Source of the DNA: a virus
Taxonomy: Duplodnaviria; Caudoviricetes
DNA length: 64,000 bases
Virus record (IMG/VR): IMGVR_UViG_3300044652_000032
Span: 1-64,000 of that record
Direction: 5' to 3' (one strand)
This document shows positions 45,501-55,530 of the stretch, one piece after another (position 1 is the first letter of the stretch; each line of letters starts with the position of its first letter). The notes beneath the pieces were generated by a model. It had not been told where the DNA came from. It worked only from the letters and a program-made list of their open reading frames with translations, and did no database searches. The translations under genes and the position numbers were made by a program.

Positions 45501-46013
45501 CTCAAGCAGTTCGGTCTGCTGGACACGGGTATGCAGGCTGCGGACGTCGCGGCCACCACGGCCAACACCACCGCCACCGTAGCCAACACCGCCGCGCTGC
45601 TGGACGTGGCCGCCGCGATAGGCGTAAGCGGAGGCGGTACGGGCGGCGGGGCCGTGGGGCTGGGCGTTAGCCTTCTCACGGGCCTGTTGGGCGGCATCGG
45701 CGGCGGCTTTATGAAGGGCGGCATCGGCGGCGGAACGATCGGCAAGGTGACGCCGCACGCCACAGGCGGGCGCGGCTATAGCGGGCTGATGGAGGTGGGC
45801 GAGCAGGGGCCGGAGTTAATTGACCTGCTCGGCTCCGGCGACATTTATACCGCAGCACAAACCAACGACATCGTGATGAAGGGCGGCCGCGGCGGCGACA
45901 CCATCAACATCGTGATGCCCCGAATGCAGTCGCGCAGCTACGTCCAGCGTCGCGCGATGCGCGAGGGCGCTGAGATGGTCTCGTCGCTGGTCGGCCAGAG
46001 GAGAAAACATTGA
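42552..46013 (+). CDS. Tape measure protein
   Basis: 1153 aa helical A/Q/E-rich; KTGLSVETLS.L, FGRSGAEM, ATGG...VGEQGPEL. Confidence 0.9.
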   Translation: MDVDVLTTVYEGRDTADRETAERVKSRARETTTTLEQEERKRNAAAESLQRQRSAAVLQQLQKEEQERVRVMQQGAQAQQNLLGRFLPAGLQSSIFNLQGLANDIRAISAAEQAAGEAGGDLTKVSAGAAGALGGLAEVAGPLAVALAVVAAEEAVLVGAFIAGGAAIYELTSTAGEAGEKLYELHVKTGLSVETLSALDSGARLTGGSVERLGMGLVIFNRNLEAARQGTGRQKDAFKDLNVDLRDHEAVLGALFEKLRAAQLQGNGTAVAMQYFGRSGAEMLKIVEASGGSLEKFKQQLAGADELITGEQATAAHEYEESWRRIGLQLTAIERQLGFRLLPAVEEVAKGTNDALKESEGAWEAFGFVVDGVGRFIKGNVGTIIEQMNELRAAIVLVNEAATGLPHPVSTAQSYLVAPGEEAVPAPKMPSMKDMAAGLPEVTDEETAKGVAAQAQHDFAEAQRKLEAAKAELARVQAVTPSMTSEAFQNMQQAAADATRAQLTYLQAQIQAKEFERKAVVETDDPKKVREQREKVNDEITKLEDQKRSVRQKADDEALQQQQQFQQKQLQLQRDAINSTAQMAAREAQSVYQYRLHAAQQSYEEGLSSLATYVKAEHDLLAQHHEQTLEALGRELTAAGTVTDPQQRAKQQAEVNAKITEENRKFQQQSDDIDFKRREQERTALKAHNEALIALHEQADQRELEEMKLTGATATEIEEERARRELLIMHNRMLLAYQERDRFQRDDPRYRAAQDEVDKLMEEASRQSDEHFQKMADARMEDTRNAQQYAETLRAVNKQIEESNQSVRQSQIEALRAFPASDDAARAMQTALDLAKEQTRSAAELAALYNQRTLAGVTRDTDTDPIKRREAANQYDALSREIEAKEREHQQRMTDIRHKAAEEERQDRLKKEEDISKILIAGLDAFDGHWGNIWKAMAQTAIGEVRQIADELAKSGLEAILDPNHKTRGSAAGGLVGSITNMILKQFGLLDTGMQAADVAATTANTTATVANTAALLDVAAAIGVSGGGTGGGAVGLGVSLLTGLLGGIGGGFMKGGIGGGTIGKVTPHATGGRGYSGLMEVGEQGPELIDLLGSGDIYTAAQTNDIVMKGGRGGDTINIVMPRMQSRSYVQRRAMREGAEMVSSLVGQRRKH

Positions 46014-46045
46014 AGCCTCCCGCGCGTTGAAACGCGGAGATTCCT

Positions 46046-46291
46046 ATGGCGCAAGAAGACAGCCGCAAGTGGAAGCGACGCCCCAGATTCGTGGGGACGC
46101 GGCACTACCAGCTTACAGGCACGGGCGCGAGTGCGTGTTACCTCCGCGATGTCGAAGGTAAAACTTTTCAGGCAATCGCGGACATGCTCAGCTTAACCCG
46201 CCAAGCTGCATGGCAGCATTACTGGCGTCACAAGAATCTGCTTCGTCTCCGGCAACCGGAGCAATTTAGCGAGCAGTCGGACGGCGCTTGA
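46046..46291 (+). CDS. Small HTH protein
   Basis: EGKTFQAIADMLSLTRQAAWQ. Confidence 0.55.
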   Translation: MAQEDSRKWKRRPRFVGTRHYQLTGTGASACYLRDVEGKTFQAIADMLSLTRQAAWQHYWRHKNLLRLRQPEQFSEQSDGA

Positions 46292-46357
46292 AAACGCGCC
46301 TCCGGTGGCTACGCATTCCTCCTCAGCTTTTAAGCTGAGGTCTCCTGCGAGGATTTG

Positions 46358-46981
46358 ATGAAGACACTTTTCTTAACCCTTTTGTTCTGCCTCTTAGCGT
46401 GTACGACGGTCGCGGCGCAGAACCAGACGCCCGAAACTCCGAACGCAGCCTTGTTCGGCACGGTGACGCCCGGTAACAACGGCGGCAGCTTCGTCGGGCA
46501 GGTGTGGGGCGGCGGCGCGGGCGTTACTCTAACCGACCGCCACTTCGCCTTTCAGTTGGACGGCGAGCTACAGCACGCCGCGAAGTCTAACACGGGCACG
46601 AACTTCAACGTCGGGTTGCACGGCACGGCACGTCGCTACATTAGTCAACACTTCTTCGGCGCGCTGGGCTTCGACTACTACGACCAGACGGGTTTGAAGT
46701 CCGCGCTGTTGCCGCGCGCCGGGGCGGGTGTGGGCGGCAAGCAGGCACGCTTCGGCGTGGCTTGGCTGTTCCAGAACAGGCTGTCCGTCAACCACGAGCA
46801 CGGAGTCGAGGCCGACTTCTACTACGCGCCCAAGCCCTCGGGCCTGTTTACGGAAATCTTTGTGGACTACATCAAGTTCCAAAGCTTCTGCTCGCGCGGC
46901 GACGCGGGTGTGTGCCGCAAGATGTCGGGCTGGTCGCCCACGTTCCGCGTAGGCTACCGCTGGGGATTGAAGACGAAGTAG
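46358..46981 (+). CDS. Putative outer-membrane beta-barrel protein
   Basis: Signal peptide, alternating amphipathic strands, terminal FRVGYRW. Confidence 0.55.
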   Translation: MKTLFLTLLFCLLACTTVAAQNQTPETPNAALFGTVTPGNNGGSFVGQVWGGGAGVTLTDRHFAFQLDGELQHAAKSNTGTNFNVGLHGTARRYISQHFFGALGFDYYDQTGLKSALLPRAGAGVGGKQARFGVAWLFQNRLSVNHEHGVEADFYYAPKPSGLFTEIFVDYIKFQSFCSRGDAGVCRKMSGWSPTFRVGYRWGLKTK

Positions 46982-46995
46982 CGAGGTAACAAGCC

Positions 46996-47745
46996 GTGGC
47001 CGCACTCTTCGACGAACTGCTGTTCCGCCCCGACCTGTTCCGCAAAAAGGACACGGAGAACTTTCCCGTGACCGCACAGCTGGAGTGGGCCAACAGCCAG
47101 CCCCGCAACGCGCAGACGGGTGTCCGTACCACCAGCGTGGGAAGACTTGACCCCGTCAACACCTTTACGATGAGCGTGGGGCTGCTCAACCCGACGGACA
47201 TGGACTACGTCAACACCTTCCTGCGCGGCGGGTATGGCTCGGCCTACGGCTGCCGGATGTACCTGCCGCATGACCACACTCTGACGCTCAACCCAATAGC
47301 CACCGCCGACGGGGTCAAGACCTCGTTCCCGATAGTCCGCCTCTACGCACGTCCGGGTGATAACTCTCACGTCTATACGCGGCGGATATTCAAGCCCGTG
47401 GTACAGGTGGCCGTGGAGAAGAACGGCTTTCAGCTCACGCAGCCCGGAGACGGCGTGACAGCTCGGGTGGTAGGGGCAGGAACGCCCAACTACTTCGACT
47501 CCGCCTTCCGCGTCTTCTTCAACGACGGCGCGCACGAGCAACTGTCAGGCTGGACGGTGGACGCCAAGACCGGGATAGTTTACTTCTCCGCCGCACCGGC
47601 CAACGGAACCGTCATACTCGTGACCTGCGTCTTCGATACGCCGATGGCCTTCGACGGCAATCAGTTTCAGATGATGTACGACTACCCCTCCGAGGTGCAG
47701 TATCAGGTACGCGAACTGCTCGGCGCAGAACTGGGGCTGACCTAA
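46996..47745 (+). CDS. Distal tail protein (DUF2460/GTA-like)
   Basis: DGVKTSF.I.R.Y, RRIFKPV, VDAKTGIVYF..AP..G, FDTP..FD. Confidence 0.75.
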   Translation: MAALFDELLFRPDLFRKKDTENFPVTAQLEWANSQPRNAQTGVRTTSVGRLDPVNTFTMSVGLLNPTDMDYVNTFLRGGYGSAYGCRMYLPHDHTLTLNPIATADGVKTSFPIVRLYARPGDNSHVYTRRIFKPVVQVAVEKNGFQLTQPGDGVTARVVGAGTPNYFDSAFRVFFNDGAHEQLSGWTVDAKTGIVYFSAAPANGTVILVTCVFDTPMAFDGNQFQMMYDYPSEVQYQVRELLGAELGLT

Positions 47746-47984
47746 TGCAGAAGGAAAGCTTCTTCAAGCGTTATCAGGGCTACATCAGCGCCGTGCTGGT
47801 GAGCGGGAGCGTTCTGTACGCAGCCTTTAACGTCGGGCGGAGCATCGGTGAGGGCGTGCAGAAGGTGTCTGGCCAACACGAACAGATTATCAACGCGCAG
47901 ACCGAACAGCAAAAGGAGATTGACAAGATACTGGAGCAGCAGAACCGGCTGATAGACATCTACCTGAAAGGTTGTGGTAAGTAA
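47745..47984 (+). CDS. Small membrane protein
   Basis: TAATG coupling, one TM helix. Confidence 0.5.
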   Translation: MQKESFFKRYQGYISAVLVSGSVLYAAFNVGRSIGEGVQKVSGQHEQIINAQTEQQKEIDKILEQQNRLIDIYLKGCGK

Positions 47985-47988
47985 CGGT

Positions 47989-48846
47989 ATGGGCGCACCC
48001 GGCGCATCGATGTTGGCGCACTTGCAAGGAAGCCCTCGCTTCCTTTTTGACGTGTGGAAGATCACGGCGCAGGACGGTGCCGTGGCGGCCTACGCCAACT
48101 GCACGCGCGACATTGTGTACGGCGGGGTGACGTACAAGGCGGCGGCCTCCGAACCCACGCGCGCCACGCGCAAGAAGGGTCTGAGTCCGGACTCGGCGGA
48201 ACTCGCGGGCGTGTACGACTCCGTTATCAATCGCGCCGACATCCACGGGCGACGTTGGGCCGATGCCGCCATCCAAATTGATCGCGTCAACTTTTTCAAT
48301 CCCGATGCGTGGGGCAGCGCATTAACACAACGCGGATTCGCCGGCAAGTGGAGTCCGGGCCTCTACAACTTCACAGTCGAGTTCCTCGGCCTCAGCTCGT
48401 GGCTGCACCAGCCTATAGGCAAGTTGACCAGCCCGATAGACCGCACGCGCCGCGCCGACCAGACGGGCGTCTCGATGACCGGATTCATCCACGCGACGAC
48501 CGTTACCGCCGTCGTCACGCAGCGCAGAATCTTCAAGGTGGGCTACGTGCAGCCCTCCGCGGACTACTTCAAGTACGGGATAGTGACGTGGACGTCGGGC
48601 GGTAACAACGGTCTGGCGCAGGGCGAGGGCAAGACCTCCACGACCACGGACTCCGGCACGCGCACGCAGATCGAGTTGCAGCGCCCCACGCTGCGGGACA
48701 TCACCGTGGGCGACTCGGTGACGCTCGTAATAGGCTACGACGGCACTCTCAACGCGGCAAAGGCTTTGGGCGCTAACGCCGTGCTCAACTTCGACGGAGA
48801 TCCATTCATGCCATTACCGGATGACCCGCTGCGTTATCAGCCATGA
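47989..48846 (+). CDS. Tail hub protein (DUF2163/BR0599-like)
   Basis: WKIT.QDG, DI.G.RW.DA, G.VTWTSG.N.G, NF.G.PFMP. Confidence 0.75.
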   Translation: MGAPGASMLAHLQGSPRFLFDVWKITAQDGAVAAYANCTRDIVYGGVTYKAAASEPTRATRKKGLSPDSAELAGVYDSVINRADIHGRRWADAAIQIDRVNFFNPDAWGSALTQRGFAGKWSPGLYNFTVEFLGLSSWLHQPIGKLTSPIDRTRRADQTGVSMTGFIHATTVTAVVTQRRIFKVGYVQPSADYFKYGIVTWTSGGNNGLAQGEGKTSTTTDSGTRTQIELQRPTLRDITVGDSVTLVIGYDGTLNAAKALGANAVLNFDGDPFMPLPDDPLRYQP

Positions 48847-49328
48847 GCCAAGTATTAACAGAACCGACGTTCGTCAAGCCCGAGGGGTGGGGCGCGCTAC
48901 CCTGCGGCGAGCGCATAGTCGTAGCCGCGCGCTCGTTTATAGGTGTTCCGTGGGAGCATCAGGGACGGTCGTGGCAAGGGATAGACTGCTGCGGCTACAT
49001 AGCCGAGGTTGCGCTTTTGAGCGAGGCCGTTCCGGACGTCAACTTCGAGCGCGACTACCGCCGGAGCGAGAACGGCGAGCGGATGCTGGCGCTGCTCCGG
49101 CGGTACCTCGACCCCGTGGAGCCGGGGGACGAGCAGGTGGGCGATATCCTTGCGCTGTGCGACGAGCAGTTGCGCGAGCCACTGAAGCCCGTGCACCTCA
49201 GCATCCTGACGCAGACCGACCCATACTGGATGATGATCCACGCCTCGGCGCACGGCGTGCGAGAGCACCGCATGGATGTAAGGTTCCGCCAGCGCGTAGT
49301 GAGCGCGTGGCGCGCGAGGCGACGCTGA
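48843..49328 (+). CDS. NlpC/P60 tail peptidase
   Basis: ARSFIGVPWEHQGR..GIDCCG, HL.I, MIHAS. Confidence 0.88.
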   Translation: MSQVLTEPTFVKPEGWGALPCGERIVVAARSFIGVPWEHQGRSWQGIDCCGYIAEVALLSEAVPDVNFERDYRRSENGERMLALLRRYLDPVEPGDEQVGDILALCDEQLREPLKPVHLSILTQTDPYWMMIHASAHGVREHRMDVRFRQRVVSAWRARRR

Positions 49329-49396
49329 GAGCGGTTTTTGCGCCGAAAAGGTAGACGCCTCCGCCCCCGAACGGAAAAACCCCGCAGAGGACGATT

Positions 49397-52300
49397 TTGG
49401 ACGTTAAACAGCCAGACCCTTACGCGCTCGCGCTCCGCCCGTACCTCGGCGCGGAGGAACGCCGCCGTATGCTCCGGGAGCAGCTGGAGCGCGGCGAGGT
49501 GGGCGACCCCATCACCACCACGCTGCTGGGCGTCACGTTCTGGCACGCGCTGGCGGGCGTGGCCATCTCGGCTGGTCTTTCCATCGGCGCTGGCTACCTG
49601 ATGGCGGCGCTCAACCGGCGGCACATGGTGTCGGGCTACCGGGGTAACGAGGAGGTGGCCGTCCAGCGCTCGGCGCAAGGCACGCCCATACCCGACATCT
49701 TCGGCGGCGACCCCGGCGACGGCAAGGGCGGAGGCATAAAGTTCGCGCCAATAGTGGCGTGGCTGAGTAAGGACTCGCAGGGCTACGTCGCGCGCAAGCA
49801 CTCGTTCAAGTCGGGCGGGTCGGGCGGCAAGGGCCACCTGTTCAGCCCCGCGCAGCAGAGCGTAACGCAGTACAGTTACGACCTCGACGCTCTGCTGTTG
49901 TGGTGTCGCGGCCCCGCGCAGTTGCGCGAGCTGTGGGCCGGGCCGGATATCCTCTACCGCGCGGACTTCGTCGGCACGGACGCCTACTACGAGGCCGAGG
50001 TCGGTACGAACATACTGGCCGGAGGCGCAGCCGTTATTTCGGACGTGGCGGCCAGTGGGGGGCAAGCGGTCGCCATTCCGCCGGGAGGCTCGCTGACGTT
50101 CACCCTTGTGGCGGGTGACGGCTCGGCCTCCCAGCTGGACTTCTTCTACAAGTCGTCGGCACCGATCCTCGTCCAGTTCACGTGGATAGGCGGGCTGGGC
50201 ACCGCCGTTTTCAACGACACGCTCAACAGTACAGCGGGCACATACACGCGGGGCTACAACTCCGCGCCCTTCGTGCTGGGCAACGGCACGGGCAACTCCG
50301 TCAAGATTAAGAACCTCGACTCCACCAACACGCTGACCTTCGATAGACTCGGCGTACTGCTCGCCGACGGCCCCGTGGGTGTACCCAACCCGTCGGTACC
50401 GACCGACCCGAGTTACGACCCCTACGCCCCGCCGCCGCCGCGTAACGCCAACGGCCAGCCCGTCGTCCGCTTGCAGGGTATGCTTAGTATTGACCCGACG
50501 ACCAACGCGCTGGTCGGTCAACTCGGAGGCGGTAACTACGCCAACGTCGCCATGTACGAGGGCAACGGCACGGAACTGCCCGACCCCGTGGTGCAGGCGC
50601 AGGAGGACGCCAACCGCGGGAGCGGGAGCACGATCGCCTACCGCGGCTTTTGTACAACGCGGCTCTCCAACTTCTTCCTCGACCGCTACCAGATGGCCTT
50701 CCCGCCGATGTGGGGGCTGCTGCAGAGCAAGACGCTCCGCACCCTGAAGGACATCTGCGAGTGGCTCTGCGGGCAGTGCGGGTTGCAGCCGTCGGACTAC
50801 GACTTTACCGACCTCGCAGGGATTTACGTGCGCGGCTGCATCGCCAACCCGCCCTACGCGCCCGCCGACCTCATGGAGACGCTGGCCGAGGTGTACGACT
50901 GCTACTTCTACGAGAGTGACAAGATTTACGGCAAGCGAATAAGTTCCGCACCCGTGGTCGCGCTGACGGACGCCGACCTGGCATGGACGGACGACGACCG
51001 CGAGGACGACCAGCAGTTCGTGCAGGTGTTGGACGCCGGGCTGCCCGCCGCCTCGGACGTGGCGCGGCGCGTGACGGTGCGTTACGTCTCGCCCGCGCGC
51101 AACTTCGACCAGCAGCAGCAGAACGAGTACCGCATGATCTCCACCTCCAACAAGGAGGACGTGTGGGACATACAGGTCTGCCTTGCGGACGACGAGGCTC
51201 GTGCGCTTGCGGCCCGGCGGCTGTACAACGACGAAGTGCGCAACGTGCCGTACAACTTCACGCTGACGGACGCGCGCCTGTACGACGACCCCGGTACAAT
51301 CTACCAGATCACCAACGCGGACGGCAGCACCCACTTTTGCACGTTGGAGACCATCAAGCCGACGCTAGGCGTGTGTGACTGCACGGCCCTCGAGTACGAC
51401 TCTGCGGTCTTTACGCAAGTCGGCCCCGCTCCGGGCATCGTGCTCACCACTCCGCCCGTGCGTGCCTACGGCAGCTCCATACTCGGCATCTACGACGGCA
51501 TCGCGCTGCGCGTGAACGACGAGGGCATGGTGGGTTTCTACGCGTGGGTCACGCAGCAGACCGGAAGTGGCGAGTGGACGAACGCCGCACTTTACAAGGA
51601 GGTGCAGGGCGTCCCCGACCGCATAGCCAGTTTCAACGCGCAGGCTACAGCAGGCGCGACCGTCACGGCCCTCGGCTCGTACCCGATCGCCAGTATCGGC
51701 ACGGAGGACGGCACACAATCCTTCACAGTGAGTGGCAGCACCATCACTCCAACCACGAACTACTACGCCAACGGTGAGACCGTCATGTTCAGCGGCAGCG
51801 GTACGCTCCCCTCACCCTTGAATAGTACGACGCTCTACTACGTCATCTCTAGCGGCGGCAACACGTTGCAGGTCTCGCTGACGGCGGGCGGCTCTGCCGT
51901 TACGCTGACCACCAGCGGCTCGGGTCAACGACTCATCCAGCGTGTTATTGATGTTGACCTCTACGGCACTACGGCCACGCTCGCATCCGTAACGTCGGCG
52001 CAGATAGCCACGGGCGCAAACGCCGCCTTGTTCAACAACGAGGTGGTCTTCGTGCGGACGTGGCAACGCGTTGTGGGCTACGCCAACCGCTGGCGCGGCA
52101 GTAATTTCACGCGCGGCCAGCGTAACACGCAGACTATGATGGCGGCGCACACCGCCGGGGAACGCTTTGTGCAACTCGACAGCGCAGTCCAGTTCGTGGA
52201 GCAGGCCGTCAATCAACTAGGAGTGAACCTGCAACTGCGCGCAGTCTCCGAGGGTCAGGTTTACGCTGACGCCGCCTTGGTGCAGCACACACTGGTGGGC

Positions 52301-53131
52301 GGCTCGCTGCAATATCCGCCGCCCACGATCGACGCCACCCTCGACCCGTCTTTAATATGGAGAATCTTGGTCAGCGGAGTACCCACGACGGATCCGATGG
52401 GAGATCGCTACAAGGTGTGGATAAACGGTAGCCCCCGGCCCGCATGGATACTACGCGGAGGACTGTCGCGTCCGGTGTCGCTCAGCGTCGGCCCGAAGTC
52501 TGGCATCCACACGACGATCACGGGGAACTCCATCGGCGGTGTTAACAGCACGGTGTACGCATACCCGCAAATTACATCTGAGAGATCGGTCGCGTCGTTC
52601 ACCTACCTCGCCGACCCCTTGTTGTCAACGCTCACTCCTCTCTTTATGCCGATGGCGTTTATCTTGGGCGAGTCCGGGGCGTCGGCTCACCGACTCAGTG
52701 TAATTATCCAACCTCAGACCGCCGCGGCATCAGCATATTTTAAGGTAACTGTTGACGCGACCACGCTTCTCTTGGATAACACGCCGGGTGGCGAAGCCTC
52801 CGGGACGAGGTATTCCGTCGAATTTCGGGACGGCAAGGCTAATTTCTACCGCAATCGTCAAAGGGGCGGCTCGCCCTTTTTGGTTTACACCCTGCCTTCG
52901 GACTGGGTCTATCCTGTATCGATCACAATGACCGTCGGTAACTTCGCGGGTAGCACACAGTTTTCAAACATTCAAATCGAAGACGAGAAAGGCTCCGTGC
53001 TTTATTATCCGGCTGACCAGATAGCCGATTTCGGATCGACACAATCGTCGCTGACCATACAGGCGTGTCAGCAAAGAGTAGTTCAAGGTGTAGTAGTGGA
53101 CGGCGTCGTTACGCAGGTTACTCTCCCATAG
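49397..53131 (+). CDS. Central tail tip / host-specificity protein (GTA-like)
   Basis: G.PIP..FG, YEG...LPDP, AYRG, V.V.Y....NFDQ, RG...T....H..GERFV.LD; position after NlpC. Confidence 0.8.
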   Translation: MDVKQPDPYALALRPYLGAEERRRMLREQLERGEVGDPITTTLLGVTFWHALAGVAISAGLSIGAGYLMAALNRRHMVSGYRGNEEVAVQRSAQGTPIPDIFGGDPGDGKGGGIKFAPIVAWLSKDSQGYVARKHSFKSGGSGGKGHLFSPAQQSVTQYSYDLDALLLWCRGPAQLRELWAGPDILYRADFVGTDAYYEAEVGTNILAGGAAVISDVAASGGQAVAIPPGGSLTFTLVAGDGSASQLDFFYKSSAPILVQFTWIGGLGTAVFNDTLNSTAGTYTRGYNSAPFVLGNGTGNSVKIKNLDSTNTLTFDRLGVLLADGPVGVPNPSVPTDPSYDPYAPPPPRNANGQPVVRLQGMLSIDPTTNALVGQLGGGNYANVAMYEGNGTELPDPVVQAQEDANRGSGSTIAYRGFCTTRLSNFFLDRYQMAFPPMWGLLQSKTLRTLKDICEWLCGQCGLQPSDYDFTDLAGIYVRGCIANPPYAPADLMETLAEVYDCYFYESDKIYGKRISSAPVVALTDADLAWTDDDREDDQQFVQVLDAGLPAASDVARRVTVRYVSPARNFDQQQQNEYRMISTSNKEDVWDIQVCLADDEARALAARRLYNDEVRNVPYNFTLTDARLYDDPGTIYQITNADGSTHFCTLETIKPTLGVCDCTALEYDSAVFTQVGPAPGIVLTTPPVRAYGSSILGIYDGIALRVNDEGMVGFYAWVTQQTGSGEWTNAALYKEVQGVPDRIASFNAQATAGATVTALGSYPIASIGTEDGTQSFTVSGSTITPTTNYYANGETVMFSGSGTLPSPLNSTTLYYVISSGGNTLQVSLTAGGSAVTLTTSGSGQRLIQRVIDVDLYGTTATLASVTSAQIATGANAALFNNEVVFVRTWQRVVGYANRWRGSNFTRGQRNTQTMMAAHTAGERFVQLDSAVQFVEQAVNQLGVNLQLRAVSEGQVYADAALVQHTLVGGSLQYPPPTIDATLDPSLIWRILVSGVPTTDPMGDRYKVWINGSPRPAWILRGGLSRPVSLSVGPKSGIHTTITGNSIGGVNSTVYAYPQITSERSVASFTYLADPLLSTLTPLFMPMAFILGESGASAHRLSVIIQPQTAAASAYFKVTVDATTLLLDNTPGGEASGTRYSVEFRDGKANFYRNRQRGGSPFLVYTLPSDWVYPVSITMTVGNFAGSTQFSNIQIEDEKGSVLYYPADQIADFGSTQSSLTIQACQQRVVQGVVVDGVVTQVTLP

Positions 53132-53160
53132 GCGTTTTTTTTTTAACGAAGGAGTTTGTA

Positions 53161-53322
53161 ATGAAATTAATCTTTATCCTAATCTTGGCCATCACGGCTA
53201 CCGTGGCTCAGTGCGATCGCGGGGTGGAACGTCCTCAGGACGGCCCGAGCGCTCCACCTACGTCGGAGACCCATTGCCCTCCGACCGGCATAGCCACGAA
53301 GTGCCAACGCAAGCCATTGTAA
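53161..53322 (+). CDS. Small secreted/lipoprotein
   Basis: AAGGAG SD, signal peptide ending AQC. Confidence 0.45.
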   Translation: MKLIFILILAITATVAQCDRGVERPQDGPSAPPTSETHCPPTGIATKCQRKPL

Positions 53323-53337
53323 ATTGAAGGTACTATC

Positions 53338-55530
53338 ATGAGTACACCTAGCTCGCTTATTCGCGTCGAGGATCCCACAGGCAACTTGTTGGGCACGGCC
53401 AGCACGCTGCGGGCGTCGGGTGCCGCGCCGGTCAACGGCGTACTGACGATCGGGGGCTTAGTCCCTGCGCCTACGGCCTATGCCTCGCTGCCCACGGGCG
53501 TGCTGGTAGGCACGCTGGCGCGCGTCACCGACAAGCTGCGCGGCTTCTACTACTACGACGGCACGCGCTGGGTGAGCCTGACGGGTGTGGCCGCCGCGAA
53601 GGACTTCGGCGCGCTAGGTGACGGCATCTACCTGACGGACGTCACGACCACGGCCAGTTCTGCCACGCTGACTTCGGCCTCGGCGGCCTTCACCTCCGCC
53701 GACGTCGGCAAGGTCGTCAGCGTACAGGGCGCGGGTGCAGCGGGCGCGCAGTTCACCACGACTATCTCCGCGGTCGTCAGCGGTACGCAGGTAACGATGG
53801 CCGCGTCGGCTTCGACGTCGGTCAGCAGCGCCAACGCGGTGTACGGGACGGACGACACTTCGGCCATACAAGCGGCGATGAACGCCTCGCCGCTCGGCTT
53901 AGGGGTCTTCTTCGCGGACGGCGTGTACATCATCAACGGCGCGCTGCAGGACACGTCCAACTCCAACGCGCAGTTGTTGCTTCCGAAGGTCAACAACTTC
54001 GAGAACGCTGTGACCATCCGTCTGTTCGGCACGACCTCACCGATCACGACGTGGACGACCCGGAGCGGAGCCATTCTACAGTCCACACTGGCGAGCGGCA
54101 ACGGGCAGTTGATCGGCGTGAAGAACCCGCACGGCACGCCCAACTCCGACAACCACTACAACGGATCGGTGGTCAACTTCTTTGCCGAGCGGATGACCTT
54201 CCGCTTGCCGCAGAACCCGACCAACTCGTGTCTGGACTTCTCGTGGATATACGACGTCTTTCTGCGCGACTGTCGTATTGATGTGATGGGCGGCGTGGCG
54301 ACCGACACCACGACCATCGCGGGGCTGACGCTCCCGCTTGTGACCGTGGCACAGCCGACCACCTCGACCAGCTACGGCGTCAAGATGGGAATGCCGGGGC
54401 TGGGCGTCTCGTACAAGATGGACAACTGCGCCGTCTTCGGCTACTACACGGACGTTCGCACGTCGGAGTTGATGCAGGGCGACAGGCTCATGCTCTTCGG
54501 GAGCAAGCGCGTGCTGGAGTTGATGGGTTCGTCCATACCCGGTTACACGCCCTACCCGAACACGTTCCGCTATCTGCTGACAACAAACTCTCCGGGCGGC
54601 ATTGTCGCCACGGTCGGGCCGTCCGCGCTGATCATCGAGCAGTGGGACGTCGAGCACGATACGCCCACGCCCGGCAGCGGCCCGTCGTGGGCCACGCCGC
54701 GCACCTACGACGTTGATGACGCCAATAACTACGTGACGGGGTGGTACCAGTACCACATGCACGACGCCGCGCCGTGGTCGGTGAACGGGGCGGCCAACCT
54801 CGTCCCTTACGACGCCGCGCAACCCTACAACGGACGCGCCTTCTACCCTGAGATATTCCCCGGCTTCACGGCACAGAATAATGCCGTCGAGATGGTCAAG
54901 CGCGGCCTGCCCGTGAGCGGCGGGTCGGGTCACGCCGCGTTCCGTCTGCACGTTACGAGCGCGACGGGCACGAGCGACCCCATCGGCGGTATCGTCTTCG
55001 CCAACGACGCCAGCGGCAGTTCTGACATGCGCACCGCAGAAATCTACTCGGCGTTGGACGGCGCGGCGAATAGTGGCAACTTCGGCATCTACACGGCCAA
55101 CGCCGGGGCGCTCTTGCAGGCTCTGGCCATCAACCACCTGCAACAACTCCAACTCAACGCCTACGGCGCGGGTACGCTCACCACGGATGCCAGCGGCCAC
55201 GTCACGGCTACGTCGGACGAGCGATTGAAGACCGAGGTCGGCGTGTTCGAGCGCGGTCTGGCGGCACTGCGGCACCTACGCCCGCGCTTGTACCGCTGGA
55301 ACGAGCGCTCGGGTATGGAGACCGAGGGCGTGTACGCCGGGCTGTTCGCCGGAGAGGTAGGTGCTGTGATACCCGAGGCTGTGGGTGCGGGGCCGGGCGG
55401 CTACCGCACCCTGAGCGACCGCGCCTTGATATCCGTTCTCATCAACGCCGTACAGGAACTCGACCGGGACGTGCGCGGATTGGAACGACGGTGGTGGCGT
55501 CGGCTACTCGGTTGGCTCCGTCGCCGTTGA
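53338..55530 (+). CDS. Tail spike/fibre with beta-helix region and C-terminal intramolecular chaperone (Peptidase_S74-like)
   Basis: KDFGALGDG, TDDTSAIQAA, F.DGVY, TSDERLK, GL.A.EV..V.PEAV. Confidence 0.8.
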   Translation: MSTPSSLIRVEDPTGNLLGTASTLRASGAAPVNGVLTIGGLVPAPTAYASLPTGVLVGTLARVTDKLRGFYYYDGTRWVSLTGVAAAKDFGALGDGIYLTDVTTTASSATLTSASAAFTSADVGKVVSVQGAGAAGAQFTTTISAVVSGTQVTMAASASTSVSSANAVYGTDDTSAIQAAMNASPLGLGVFFADGVYIINGALQDTSNSNAQLLLPKVNNFENAVTIRLFGTTSPITTWTTRSGAILQSTLASGNGQLIGVKNPHGTPNSDNHYNGSVVNFFAERMTFRLPQNPTNSCLDFSWIYDVFLRDCRIDVMGGVATDTTTIAGLTLPLVTVAQPTTSTSYGVKMGMPGLGVSYKMDNCAVFGYYTDVRTSELMQGDRLMLFGSKRVLELMGSSIPGYTPYPNTFRYLLTTNSPGGIVATVGPSALIIEQWDVEHDTPTPGSGPSWATPRTYDVDDANNYVTGWYQYHMHDAAPWSVNGAANLVPYDAAQPYNGRAFYPEIFPGFTAQNNAVEMVKRGLPVSGGSGHAAFRLHVTSATGTSDPIGGIVFANDASGSSDMRTAEIYSALDGAANSGNFGIYTANAGALLQALAINHLQQLQLNAYGAGTLTTDASGHVTATSDERLKTEVGVFERGLAALRHLRPRLYRWNERSGMETEGVYAGLFAGEVGAVIPEAVGAGPGGYRTLSDRALISVLINAVQELDRDVRGLERRWWRRLLGWLRRR

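Noticed and set aside
43572-45758. Long antisense ORFs (also 6300-7475, 35374-36834, 49055-51334, 60959-62143)
   Set aside because: Shadow ORFs of GC-rich genes on the opposite strand, without motifs
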